Source: the human T2T-CHM13v2.0 reference genome, Homo sapiens. From it: a stretch of 64,000 nucleotides of DNA. The notes beneath the pieces are model-generated. The model searched no databases and was not told where the DNA came from. It was given only the letters and a program-made list of their open reading frames with translations. A program made the position numbers and the translations under genes. The stretch is taken from the NCBI RefSeq assembly GCF_009914755.1, contig NC_060947.1. The stretch is one strand, 5' to 3'. This document shows, piece after piece, positions 1-25,293 of this stretch; position 1 is the stretch's first letter; each line of letters opens with the position of its first letter.

Positions 1-430
1 GACCTGCACATATACATCCAGGTGGCCTGCAGGAGCCAAGAATTCTGGAGCAGCCAAAGAAAAAAACTACAAAGAAGTAAAACAGCCAGTTCCTGCCTTA
101 ACTGATTAACTAAAATTACAATATTTTACTATTGTGACTTGTCCCTGCCCCAGTTTAGCTGATCAATCAACTCTGTGACATTCTTCTTCTGGACAATCAG
201 TCTTATGATCTCTCCACCATGCACCTTGTAACCCCCTCTTCTGCTGACGATAGATAACCACCTTTTGCTGTAATTTTCCATTATCTACCCAGCTCCTGTA
301 AAGCCACACCTTCCCCATCTCCCTTCGCTGACTCTCTTTTCGGACTCAGCCCACTTGCACCCAAGTGAATACACAGCTTTATTGCTCACACAAAGCCTGT
401 TTGGTGGTCCCTTCACGGACGCGCGTGACA
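1..430 (+). mobile_element. LTR7-family (HERV-H) LTR, 5' part outside window; solo or 3' LTR
   Basis: gacctgcacatatacatccag... and ctcccttcgctgactctcttttcggactcagccc...gctcacacaaagcctgtttggtggtc...gcgtgaca match LTR7. No tRNA-His PBS follows. Confidence 0.85.
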
Positions 431-1539
431 CTTATCCAGCGGTACTTCCTGCAGAACCCTGACCTTTTACAAAAATCCACCAATTCAAAATGTATTGTGT
501 GGATGGCTTCAGGATGGAAGCAGTCTCCACTCCTAAGCTTTGGGGGAGGAAGGGCTGAAAGTGATCGCTTAAGCCCCCTCTACCCCATCCAGCTTTCCCT
601 TATAAATGAGATCCTATGCAGAGTTGGATAAGCTGTTACAGATCCACGGGTGCACACGCCTTTACCTGGAGCTATTGCATGTAAATTGTAAGGTTTTATT
701 TAATTTTACAGGAAGGCCCTTCTTTTTCCTTTGCTTTCTTTTCTTTTTGTTTTGTTTTGTTTTTCTCTCTAGCTTATCATTCATACTGACAGATCCTGAT
801 ATCTACAGTGACTTGGGGAATTTTCAAAGGACAGCGCTAAAACCTCTGCTTGGGAGGCAGGTCGGGGTGTCAGTGACTAATGTGGTTTGCAAGCAAACGC
901 CTGGAGGGGCAGGGCTCTGACTGCAGTCTCCGTGTCTGTGCCCTTGGACAGAGGCTCAACCCCCGCGTCCGGGACTTTGAAGTTAGAAATGATATGTCCG
1001 TGTGAAAGTCGCTAAATTAATTTCCGAGGGACCGGCAAACACTGCGGGGCAGCTGATATGAAATTGGAAGGGATTTGAAATGGAAATCCAAGAAGGAGAG
1101 CCGCGGGGGGAGTGGGGATGGAGGAGGGGAGAGGAATCATCACAGCAAGGGAGGGAAAGAGAGGAGCAGGAAAATGCAGAGGCGGGGCGCAGCTGATTTT
1201 CACCAACAGACTGTTTTGCGAGCTCTCCTTCCATGCAAGGAGATCTTGTGTGTTTGTGTCCTGATAGACTTCAGTGCTGGACCATATTAAGGACAAGGAG
1301 AAACTCAGGCCATAGTAAGAAATGTCCGGCGTCTGGGGCAATTTCTTCTAAACTGGATGAGCCCATTTGGAGGACTGCTTGGGCCCAGGAGTTTGAGACC
1401 AGCCTGGGCAATACAGCAAGACCCTGTATCTACAAAACGGAGCCTCTTAAACGTGCATTACAGCCACCTGGACAGGGTGGGATTTGGGAGGCAGGTGCAC
1501 GTCCAGTGACTGCTGTGACAAATGCCCACAGCACTAAAC

Positions 1540-2004
<465 letters not shown>

Positions 2005-2473
2005 AGGTAATTTTTATTAATAATGGTTTTGAGCATCCAATGTCCCATTTGGTTATAGATAGAGGAATGGCAGAGTATGAATAGGGTGATGTGGTTACTC
2101 TGTTGAAAACGCTAAGAACCACCTTTCTGGGAATTGTGGAGGGTAGGTAATTGCAACTGTCTTCTATCTTCTAGGTGCTATGTCTGTGGACACACCCTAG
2201 GATATATTTTCTTCTCTGTCTTTCCAATCGAGTCCACATAAACACAAGGCAAGAATCTTAGATGGGAAAATAAGGAAAAAGCAACCAGTGACCTGAGGCA
2301 GGGGTAAAGAAAGGAGAGAGACTTCCTTGGAGTTGGCGTTCATTTTGCAGAGTAAAAGCAGTGTGCAATTTTTCTAAGCACTCGTGGGTCCAAACACCAT
2401 CTCCTTCTTTCCAAAAGGAATATCTTCCCATCCACAGGAAGGCAAGAAAAAGGAGTGGACCATTGTTTCAGGT

Positions 2474-3474
2474 AAAAACTTGGCTGCATCTTTTGAGAAG
2501 TGTCTGTTCCTATCCTTTGCCCATTTTTTGATGGGGTTGTTTATTTTTTGTTGTTGTTGTAAATTTATTTAAGTTCCTTGTAGATTCTGGATATTACACC
2601 TTTGTCAGGTGGATAGGTTGCAAAAATTTTCTCCCATTCTGTAGGTTGCCTGTGCGGCCAACAAACATATGAAAAAAAAAGCTAATCATCGCTGGTTATT
2701 AGAGAAATGCAAATCAAAACCACAATGAGATACCATCTCAGGCCCGTTAGAATGGCAATTATTAAAAAATCAGGAAAAAACACATGCTGGCAAGGCTGTA
2801 GAGAAATAGGAACGCTTTTACCCTGTTGCTGGACATGTAAATTAGTTCAACCATTGTGGAAGACAGTGTGGCGATTCCTCAAGGATCTAGAACCAGAAAT
2901 ACTATTTGACGCAGCAATCCCATTACTGTGTATATACCCAAAGGATTATAAATCATTTTACTATAAAAACGCATGCACACATATGTTTACTGCAGCACTA
3001 TTCACAATAGCAAAGACTTGGAACCAACCCAAATGCCCATCAATGATAGACTGAATAAAGAAAATGTGGCACATAGACACCATGGAATACTATGCAGTCA
3101 TAAAAAAGGATGAGTTCATGTCCTTTGCAGGGACATGGATGAAACTGGAAACCATCATTCTCAGCAAACTAACACAAGAACAGAAAACCAAACACCTCAT
3201 GTTCTCACTCATAAATGGGAGTTGAACAACGAGAACACATGGACGCAAGGAGGGGAACATCACACACCGGGGCCTGCTGGGGGTTGGGGGGCAAGGGGAG
3301 CGAGAGCATTAGAACAAATGCCTAATGCATGCAGGGCTTAAAACCTAGATGACGGATTGATGGGTACAGCAAATCACCATGGCACATGTATAGCTATGCA
3401 ACAAACCTCCACGTTCTGCACATGTATCCCAGAACTTAAAGTAAAAAAAAAACAAAAAAAACTTAACTGCATCT
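2474..3474 (+). mobile_element. 5'-truncated, 5'-inverted L1PA (ORF2 end + 3'UTR) with TSD
   Basis: 2491-2653 is antisense L1 ORF2 and 2654-3460 is sense L1 ([11 protein letters not shown]...) ending in poly-A. Flanks aaaaacttggctgcatct / aaaaacttaactgcatct form the TSD. Confidence 0.9.
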
Positions 3475-4580
<1,106 letters not shown>

Positions 4581-4874
4581 TACACCTGCATTCAAAACGT
4601 GCTACTTGAGAGAGAGCATACAAAGTCAGCCTTAGGGTTAGGAACTAAATATTGGAAGTGCTGTCTGCATTTCTTTATATGTCATGGTTTTAAAAGGTTT
4701 ATCTATGTGTGGTGCAGCATCAGGGGCATCCATAATGGGCACGTATAACATCTGCACACCTGCAGATGTGCACTGGGGTACAGGCTAGAATGCTTTGCTC
4801 ACAAAGGTGTGCACCAAACCTGGGAGCCTGCAGGTGTGGCCAGCACCCCACACCTAACTCTCACCAACTGGTCC

Positions 4875-4931
4875 AGAATCTAGCTGAGAATCTAGCTGAA
4901 TCTAGCAGAATCTAGCTCCAGAATTGAGCTG
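4875..4931. repeat. Short tandem repeat of AGAATCTAGCT-like 10-13-mers (~5 copies)
   Basis: agaatctagctg agaatctagctg aatctagc agaatctagctcc agaattgagctg is read directly. Confidence 0.85.
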
Positions 4932-5407
4932 AAAGTGCTGCCGAAATGTTTTGATTGGAGAAAGGCCAGGCATGTAATTGTCACTGGGTGCTTGACAAAG
5001 GCCAGCCCTGATGTCTTCCATCCCCAAGTCACTTTCCCCAGAGTAGGTATGGAATTGGCTCTATGCAGATGTGGGAACTGCTTCTTAGAGAGGGATGGTG
5101 GATCCCGGCCAGCATGGATGCTAGCAGGTGGAGGCCGGTGGGATGTTCACACGCACCAGCTTCTCCTCTACGCCTCTGCATCCCAGACCCTGGGAGATAC
5201 CCAGATTCCTGCCCCTCCGCACTTGGACAGGGAGAAACCTCTCCTTTGAAGATGAAGCAGTGGTGCTCAGGGGCTGCTGTGGATCTCAGGGGTGTTTTCT
5301 TTGTTCTTGTTTTGGTCTGGAAGAGAGTGATAACTCACTTGGAATTTTAATGTGTTCTGTAGTTATGCAAGTCTAAAATCTTGCGCATATAGTTTTAAAT
5401 GTCTGTC

Positions 5408-5636
5408 ACGGTTGGTTCTTCAAAGGGAGTGATTCGGACCTCCCAGGGCTTATCTGGAAATGTCTGCAGACATTTTCAGTTGTCACAAGGGAGGTGGAGG
5501 AGATAGGTGCTCCTGGCCCCTGATGGGTGGAGCTCGGGGAGGCTGCTCAACACCCAACCGTGCACAGGATGGACGGCCCCACCACAAAGAGTCATGCACC
5601 ACCAAATATTGGCAGCACTGAGGCTGAAAAAGACTG
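5408..5636 (+). mobile_element. MER20 (hAT-Charlie)
   Basis: atgtctgcagacattttcagttgtcacaag...tgcacaggatggacggccccaccacaaagag...gaggctgaaaaagactg. Confidence 0.7.
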
Positions 5637-5719
5637 TTAGCATGACTGACCCTCTCTCTCACATTGCTCCTTCTCTCTTCTCCCTTTTCCCCTCCTTCCT
5701 TCCTTCACCCATCTCTCTG

Positions 5720-6532
5720 TGTATCAATCTATAGCTCTCTTTCCCTTAACCTCTCTCTAATCAATCTATCTACCCATCCATCTATCATCTATCTAGTCCA
5801 TCCATCCATGCATCCATCATGTATCTGTCTATCCATCCATCCATCCATCATCTATCAATCCATCCGTCTATCATCTATGTATCTAGTCTGTTTATCATCT
5901 ATCTATCATCTATCTATCTACACATCTATCTATCACGTACCCATCTGTGCCTCTGTATCCGACACCAAGAGAGATGCCCAGCTTCCCGCCTGTTGGCACT
6001 CAATGATAGAGAGGACAGGCTGGGAAACCTCTGTCTTCTATCTATTACCTAGGTATCTGTGTATCTATCCATCCATCCACCCACCCACCCACCCACCCAC
6101 CCATCCATCCATCCATCCACCCACCCACCCACCTATCTATCCACCTATTTATCTACTCTATGTATTTATCTATCTATCTTGCTATCATCTATCTATTTAT
6201 CTATCCAGGTATCCATCAATCCATCCATCGATCTATCCATCCATCTATATAATCTGTCTATCTATCTACTCTGTATTTATTTATGTAGCTAGCTGTCATC
6301 TATCTATTTATCTATCTCCCTATCTATATCTATTTATCCACTTACGTACCCATCCATCCATCCATTTCTCTATCATGTATCTATCTATCCATCCATCATC
6401 TGTCTACCTACCTATCTACACATCCATCTGTCTCTAATCCATCTATCATCTATCTACCTGCCTATCTACCCATCCTTCTATTTCTCATCTATCTATCTAT
6501 CTATCATCTATCTCTAATCCATCTATCATCTA
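5720..6532. repeat. Compound (TCTA)n/(TCCA)n/(CCCA)n microsatellite with a unique island at ~5945-6035
   Basis: Direct reading of degenerate tetranucleotide repeats. Confidence 0.95.
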
Positions 6533-6534
6533 TG

Positions 6535-6765
6535 GCAGTGGTTTGCAACCAGGCACAACTGTACTTCCCACAGGACCCTTGCTGATGTCTGGAGATGTAT
6601 TTGGTCATCTTGACTCCGGGGTGGAGGGTGTGCTTCTGGCATCTCCTGGGTAGAGGCCACCAGGGATGTTGGTAAATGCCCTCTAGTGCACAGGATGGCC
6701 CCGCCATAGGTAATCATCCAGCCCCAAACACCAGCACTCCCCAGATGGCAGATACTTTGAGTAGC
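6535..6765 (+). mobile_element. MER20 (second copy)
   Basis: atgtctggagatgtatttggt...tgcttctggcatctcctgggtagaggcc...tgcacaggatggccccgcc. Confidence 0.7.
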
Positions 6766-7655
6766 CAATCATGTCATCCCACAAACGTTATACATTTTCA
6801 CATTCATGAAAGGAATTTGTGAAAAAGCCGAGGTCTAGGTGCCTGTCCACTTGCTGCTGTTTACTGCTCCGTCCTGGCCTCCGGCGAGTAGTTTATACAC
6901 TCTCTGAAATGCATCCATTCCTGTGATATATTAATGCTTCATTCACCCCTTTCCAAGCAGAAAGCTGCCGTTAGTCCTGCCTGGTGACTCTTTCTGTCAC
7001 TTCTGCAGGGGAATTATTCTGCATATATAACTTAACCGTGAGCCGTCTGTCCTAGCACCTAAGGCATATTCTGTAAGCAATCCTTGTACCGTTGGCAGCT
7101 GCCTGAGTGCTGTCAATCATCCGGGACACTTCTACGACTTCCTCCAGCCACAGGAAGGGCGCACCACAATTTATGCCGCCTCCTTGGAGGCCCTGAATTC
7201 TAAAACATCGAATGCTATATTTTTTACCCTGCTTTGCCACTTATAAAAATTTCCACGGCTAGAATTTCAAAGACTTGCAGAAATTGAAGAAACCGAATTG
7301 GATCAATTCATTTCCATTTTTTTGAAGGTTGCTAGGAACACTTCACCAACTCCTTCTCCCTTATCCTTTAGAAAGAGGGTGCTGGAGCTTTCAACGAAGC
7401 AGGACTTTTGCTAGAAATGAGCTTTAAAATCTGCTTGCCTGGGTCACGATACCTGAAGGTCAAAGAAGAAAGTGAAGCCACATGAAAGTCATTTATATTC
7501 CAATCTGTGGTCTGGGTTACTTTAAGACCAACCCAGGAGATGGGGGAAGGAGGCTTGGCTCTCAACCAGGAAAAATTGTGAGATTATATTGCCTAGATGT
7601 TACATGTTTATACATTGAGAAGGGTAAAAAGCAGCATCGTAGGAAGACAGGCTAA

Positions 7656-7977
<322 letters not shown>

Positions 7978-8141
7978 TATAGCTATCTTTTTCTTTCTGG
8001 GGCATTGACTTGACATGGAAATTAACTGTTTGACAGGAGTCTTCCACAACTTAATGTCTAAAGGTCAAGATATGATTCTGTGGAGTATGTCTCAAAAGCC
8101 CTGTCCGAGGTACCCAGTATTGGAACATTCCGGATGAAAAT

Positions 8142-10590
<2,449 letters not shown>

Positions 10591-10857
10591 TAATCTTATC
10601 TTAATCTTATGTCATGTTACCTTATGTCATCTTAACACACTGCATATGCTAATATGCAGTCCAGTAGGCCATTCTTGCATTGCTCTAAAGAAATATCTGA
10701 GGCGGGGTAATTGATGGGGTGGACAACCATACTGTCCTGTGGTCTAGTGGGCGGGGACCTGGGGGCCATCAGTGGCTGTAGGACTTTTTTACCCCTCTGT
10801 TTCCTGGCCTAAATATGTGATGGGTATGCTTCACCTTAAGTGGTAAGAGGTTTGATT

Positions 10858-11843
<986 letters not shown>

Positions 11844-12131
11844 GTGGAGAGGTTTAAATGAAATGGTGCTGGAAATATCCTGGCATAAAATAAGGGCGTC
11901 ATGGGTAGAAGCAAAGCCTTCTTGAAAACAGAAACCATATCTGCATTGATTATTTTCAAGGAGACTGAACCAAAAAATAACTCAGCTTGAGGACTGGCCC
12001 GTCTCTGTGACAGCCTGGCCGTCGTAACTCATGCCTCAATCCCTGGCACACACCGGTAAGCCCAGTGCTTTCGGAGGCCAAAGCAAGAGGATGGCTTGAG
12101 TTCGGGAGTTTGCAACCAGCCTGGGCAACAC

Positions 12132-12380
12132 AGTGAGATCCCCATCTCTGCTAAAAATAAACATTAAAAAATGTTTTTATGTTTTGAGATAGGGTGTGGT
12201 GGTGTGCACCTGTAGATGTAGTGAGATCTCCGTCTCTGCTAAAAATAAACATTAAAGTTTTATGTTTGAGATAGGGTGTGGTGGTGTGCACCTGTAGATG
12301 TAGTGAGATCCCCATCTCTGCTAAAAATAAACTTTAAAAAATGTTTTTATGTTTTGAGATAGTGTGTGGTGATGTGCACC
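12132..12380. repeat. Alu/FLAM-derived tandem repeat, ~82-89 bp x3
   Basis: agtgagatccccatctctgctaaaaataaac...gagatagggtgtggtggtgtgcacct occurs three times. Confidence 0.9.
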
Positions 12381-12382
12381 TT

Positions 12383-12757
12383 CAGAATCAAAGAGTATCT
12401 TCCAGGGTCTTCCCTCCCCTGAAGGTTAATTCGTAGGCAGACGAATCAGGTATTGATCCCTGTCCTTGGAATAATCACGATGATGTTCAGGATTCATGAG
12501 GATTCATAGAACCAAAGAGCCTCTTCCAGGGTCATCCCTCTCCTGAAGGTTAATCCATAGACAGATGAATCAGGTATTGATCCCTGTTCTTGGAATAATC
12601 TAGAGGATCTTTGCAATTCATTAGGATTCATAGAACCAAAGATCCCCTTCCAGGATGGTCCTTCTCCTGAAGGTTAATCCATAGGCAGATGAATCGGATA
12701 TTGATTCCTGTTCTTGGAATAATCTAGAGGATCTTTAGAATCCATTGGGATTCATAA
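12383..12757. repeat. Tandem repeat, 124 bp x3
   Basis: gaaggttaat recurs at 12421, 12545 and 12669, with shared gaatcaggtattgatccctgttcttggaataatc. Confidence 0.9.
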
Positions 12758-13029
12758 TCACAGCTATGCCGATGCCATCATCACCGGCTTAGCCCTTTCT
12801 GAAAACACAGTCATCATCTACCCCCATTGGAATCACGATGCAAAAAACCTGTCCCAAAGCGGTGGTTTCCTATGTGATTCTTGCATCCAGGACAAATGAC
12901 AGTCAGCAGAGAGGCGCCCTGTTCCATCTTTTGGTTTGATCCAGTTAAAGGCACACACGTGAGCACCCAACGTTTGCCAACTCAGCACTGGGCAGAGCCT
13001 GGCCTCTGAGGAAATTGGCATCTTCGTAA

Positions 13030-14769
<1,740 letters not shown>

Positions 14770-14858
14770 TAAAAAATGAAATCATCCTTACTATCACCCT
14801 AAGAAAATTTAATAATATCCTAATATCCACATCATGCAAATTATAATAAAGGAATATG

Positions 14859-15340
<482 letters not shown>

Positions 15341-16123
15341 AGCAACATGCATTGGTACATCTCAACTTTTGGGCTTACCTCTACCCTGGAAATAACGAGG
15401 CAGTAATATGCGTCGTGCCTCTATGTGTTGAATCCACAAGATGATATGATCATCATCTACCCCATTAGACGACTGGGTGGCCGACGGCAATCACAGGCCG
15501 CCCTGGCCTGGTGTCCTGGTAACTCGAACACCATGAGTCCTCTCCTGTCCTCTGATTTCCCCAAATGGTGATGAAACGCAGCCAGTCCAATCGTCTCTCT
15601 GTTAACGCAGTGTTTTTTTTTTTTGACTGGAAAATCAATCCTTTGTATTTATGTGTAAGCCGAGTTAAGTGCTACGCTCAGGTGAATCGTAAACAGGTTT
15701 TTTGTCTTTGTGGCCATCTGGGTCCCACACTCATGAGTCATGTGGGTCAGGGGTGTGTTCTCTGCTAGGTAGCATTGCCCTGTACTCTGCGACGAGTCGA
15801 AATCCCAGGCTTCCCCCAACCAAATGCCAGTGGAGGCACTTGATTCTTTTGCCCACCCAGCAACCCACCCACCCCCAACTTCCCATATGCTCTGCAGAGA
15901 ACAGCCAGCCCCCCTCACCACATATCGAGAAAAAACACCAGATCATCAGGACAATTTCATGGAACCAAACCTCCCACTGCAGCCAAACTCACATAGAAAA
16001 CATCCTTTGCAGCCTGAAAACCCTTTTAGGACCTTTCTGTCACTGAGTCTTATAAACCTATAAAGATTCATTGAACAGAACCAGAGACTCAGGCTCCCGG
16101 AAAAGCTTGACAAAGTCACGCAG

Positions 16124-19291
<3,168 letters not shown>

Positions 19292-19368
19292 TTAAAGGGA
19301 ACCAGTGGAAAGGGAAATAGATGAAAGAACAATCAGGAAGAGAAACTGAACAAATGGAACAAAAACAT

Positions 19369-20660
<1,292 letters not shown>

Positions 20661-20812
20661 TCAGATTGTATCAATGTCTGTATCTGGTTGAGCGATTTAC
20701 TGGAGTTTTGCAAGATGTTCTAATTGCAGGAAGGTTGGTAAAGGTACATGGGATGACTCTGTACTACCTCTTACAACTGCATGTGAATTTACACATCTTT
20801 GCATACAATTTA

Positions 20813-21655
20813 TGTGTTAGTTCAGGCTGCTGGGATAAAACACCATAGAGTCGGAAGCTTAAACTGTTAACATTCCTGTATCCCACTTCTGGAGGCTGGA
20901 GGTCTGAGACAAGGGTGCCAGTATGGTTGGTTCCTGGTGAGAACTCTCTTCTTGGCCTCCTTTTTCTTTGTTTTTAATTTTTTTTTTATTATACTTTAAG
21001 TTCTGGGGTACATGTGCAGAACGTGCAGGTTTGTTACGTAGGTATACACGTGCCATGGTGGTTTGCTGCACCCATCAACCTGTCATCTACATTAGGTATT
21101 TCTCCTAATGCTCTCCCTCCCCTATCCCCCCACCCCCCGACAGGCCCTGGTGTGTGATGTTCCCCTCCTTGTGTCCATGTGTTCTCATTGTTCAACTTCC
21201 ACTGATGAGTGAGAACATGCCGTGTTTGGTTTTCTGTTCTTGTGTTAGTTTGCTGAGAATGATGGTTTCCAGCTTCATCCCTGTCCCTGCAAAGGACATG
21301 AACTCATTCTTTTTTCTGGCTGCATAGTATTCCATAGTGCATATGTGCCACATTTTCTTTATCCAGTCTATCATTGATGGGCATTTGGGTTGGTCCCAAG
21401 TCTTTGCTATTGTGAACAGTTGGCTGCCTTTTTCCTGTGTGCTCACAAGGCAGTGGGACAGTGAGCTCACTCTGAGCTCATCATCCTTTTATAAGGGCAG
21501 GAATCTCATGCATGAGGCTCCATCCCTCATTAGGCTCCACCCTCATGACACCATCACCTCCCAAAGCCTCCACTTCCTAACGCCATCCCCTTGGGGGGGT
21601 GACAATTTCTACAAAAGAATTTGGAAGGACACCAATGTTCGGTCGATAGCATAGT
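20813..21655 (-). mobile_element. MLT1A LTR split by a 5'-truncated antisense L1PA 3' end (20961-21418)
   Basis: cacttctggaggctggaggtctgagacaagg and tcacctcccaaagcctccacttcctaac are MLT1A. ttttttattatactttaagttctgggg...gctattgtgaacag is the L1PA 3'UTR. Confidence 0.85.
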
Positions 21656-21659
21656 CAAT

Positions 21660-22760
<1,101 letters not shown>

Positions 22761-23357
22761 ATCCGAGACGGTGCTTCACAAAGACAGCTTCAGAGGCCAC
22801 AATTCCAAAGCTTTTTTCTACGTACAGATATTCTCCCCGATGCCTGGGTTAATGGCGCCCGAACTGCAGAAAACATAACCTCAACCGAGTTTTCTGCTTC
22901 AATGACAAATGACACCAGAGCCCCACCACCAAACCATGGCTGGCATCTATTTAGTTCTGAGCACTGCTCTGACAGAATGCATCAGTCTTGCTTTGCTCTC
23001 AGCAAAACTGGGTGCAGAGGGGACGGCTGTTAGCCTGGTCGTTGCTAATGAGGAGATGAGGAGTTGGAAAGATAGAGACGCAATGGCTTAACTACGGCAC
23101 CTGATGCAAGACTTGCTACCTCCCCAGTTCCAGCCCAAATGGAGAAATGGGTATGATGCACCTTCTGTGATCTGGGGATCAGTTCTGATGTCTGCGGTCC
23201 AGCCCCCCAACCTGTCCTGCCTTTGAAAATGTGGTGTGTCCCTTCTATGACAGTTTCTCCTAACAGCCAAGATGAGAGATACCACATGTTCATGACAAAG
23301 ACACTCTCAAAATCAAGGTGGCGTCCAGACACACATCTAGACTGTGATGTGTTCCCC

Positions 23358-23487
23358 ACACACCAGCCTTTGTTGACTGCACACATTCCCGCTAAAAGAC
23401 ACACACCAGCCTTTGCTGACTGCACATGTTCCTGCTAAAAGTCCCACACCAGTCTTTGTTGACGCACACATTCCTGCTAAAAGTCCC
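23358..23487. repeat. ~43-bp tandem repeat x3
   Basis: cacaccagcctttgttgactgcacacattcc.gctaaaag occurs three times. Confidence 0.9.
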
Positions 23488-23664
23488 TGTGACTACATGA
23501 GACAATACTGCCAGTTTCCAGGCTGTTAGGACCTGCTATCTTTGGGGACTTCCTCTGTTGACTACAGCCTCCAGCTCCTTTAGGACACAAGCCCTGTTCT
23601 TCCGACTTCGAGTCCCAGTATTTGGGTATAACACTTAACACTTATTTACTGAAAACATGACTAC

Positions 23665-23752
23665 ATGGATGAATGGATGGATGGATGAATGGATGGATGG
23701 ATGGATGGATGGACAGATGCATGGATGGATGGATAGATGAATGAATGAATGA
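23665..23752. repeat. (TGGA)n/(TGAA)n microsatellite
   Basis: Direct reading. Confidence 0.95.
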
Positions 23753-24232
23753 GATGGTCCCATCCATTGCTGGACCTGAATAAAACCTATTCATGGCTAC
23801 TGGAAGGGCATAAAAGAGTAGCTTCACTGGGACATCCATGCACTCTAGGTCCAAGTATTGAATCAAGGTTTGCCAAAGAAAAGAAACTCATTCCTCCTGG
23901 TTCGTACAGAGCTCTAATGGCACACATGCTACTCACCCAACAATCCACGCGGTTTCCCCTGCTGGGAAGTGTCTCCAGGAAATTGCACAGTGTCCAGGAA
24001 ATGGCACAATCAGGTATCAAGGAACACAGGCGAACTTCTCCAGAATTATGCTCTTGGTTTCCCTGGGAGGAACGGTCACATAAGGGTTACCATGAAACAC
24101 AGAGGAATAGTGTGAGGCTGGAGTCGTACAACATTCGGATCGCTCTCACAGCTCATCTGTCAGCCTGGGGAATGCGGTGTCTGTCATTTTCCAGAGTGCT
24201 TGTTCAGTCAGCGGTATCAATTGTCAGCTTTA

Positions 24233-24632
<400 letters not shown>

Positions 24633-24998
24633 AAGAGCAGCTGGCACTTCTTGCAAGAGCTTCAAGCTGCAAAAGGCTCTTGGATGATGTGCAACTGTAC
24701 AGAGGTGGAGATATTTTTAGAACTGAAGATTTGGTGCATAGTCCTGGCTGTTTGGAAACACTTTTCAGATGAACGCATGCTGCGATCCTGGTTTAATGGA
24801 GGAAGTCACTCCCATTCAGAAACACATCTGTCTGGGCTCCACGGCTTAGCAGAACCTCTGGGAAGTACAAGGTGTTTGAAATGATCCTGTATGAAAGACG
24901 CCAGAGGTGTAGATGCTGAGGGCTGGAAACTGCAGTTGACATTTGCCTGGCTCAGGGAATCTCAAACTTGGCTGAACAACAACAAAAAAACATGACCT

Positions 24999-25293
24999 GG
25001 TGCCGGGCGCAGTGGCTCATGCCTGTCATCCCAGCATTTTGGGAGGCCAAGGCAGGTGGATCGCTTTGAGCTCAGGAGTTCAAGACCAGCCTGGGCAACA
25101 TGGCAAAACCGTGTCTCTATTAAAAAAATACAGATGGTCAGACGTGGTGGTGCACGCCTCTGGTCCCAGCTACTTGAGAGGCTGAGGCAGGAGAGTTGCT
25201 TGAGCCTAGACGGTCGAGGCTGCAGTGAGCAGAGATTGCATCACTGCACTACAGCCTGGGTAACATAGTGAGACCCTGTTGAAAGAAAAAAAA
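24999..25293 (+). mobile_element. AluJ-like
   Basis: Diverged dimer whose tail merges into the purine tract. Confidence 0.9.

Noticed and set aside
2707-3054. 115-aa L1 ORF2 C-terminal ORF
   Set aside because: Belongs to a 5'-truncated L1 with a premature stop and no promoter; not functional.
4748-4769. 9-bp perfect inverted repeat acatctgca-cacc-tgcagatgt
   Set aside because: Short enough to be expected by chance in 64 kb; no supporting context.
12383-12757. 124-bp repeats as a possible snoRNA/miRNA cluster
   Set aside because: I could not identify consistent C/D or H/ACA boxes or a convincing hairpin; kept only as a tandem repeat.
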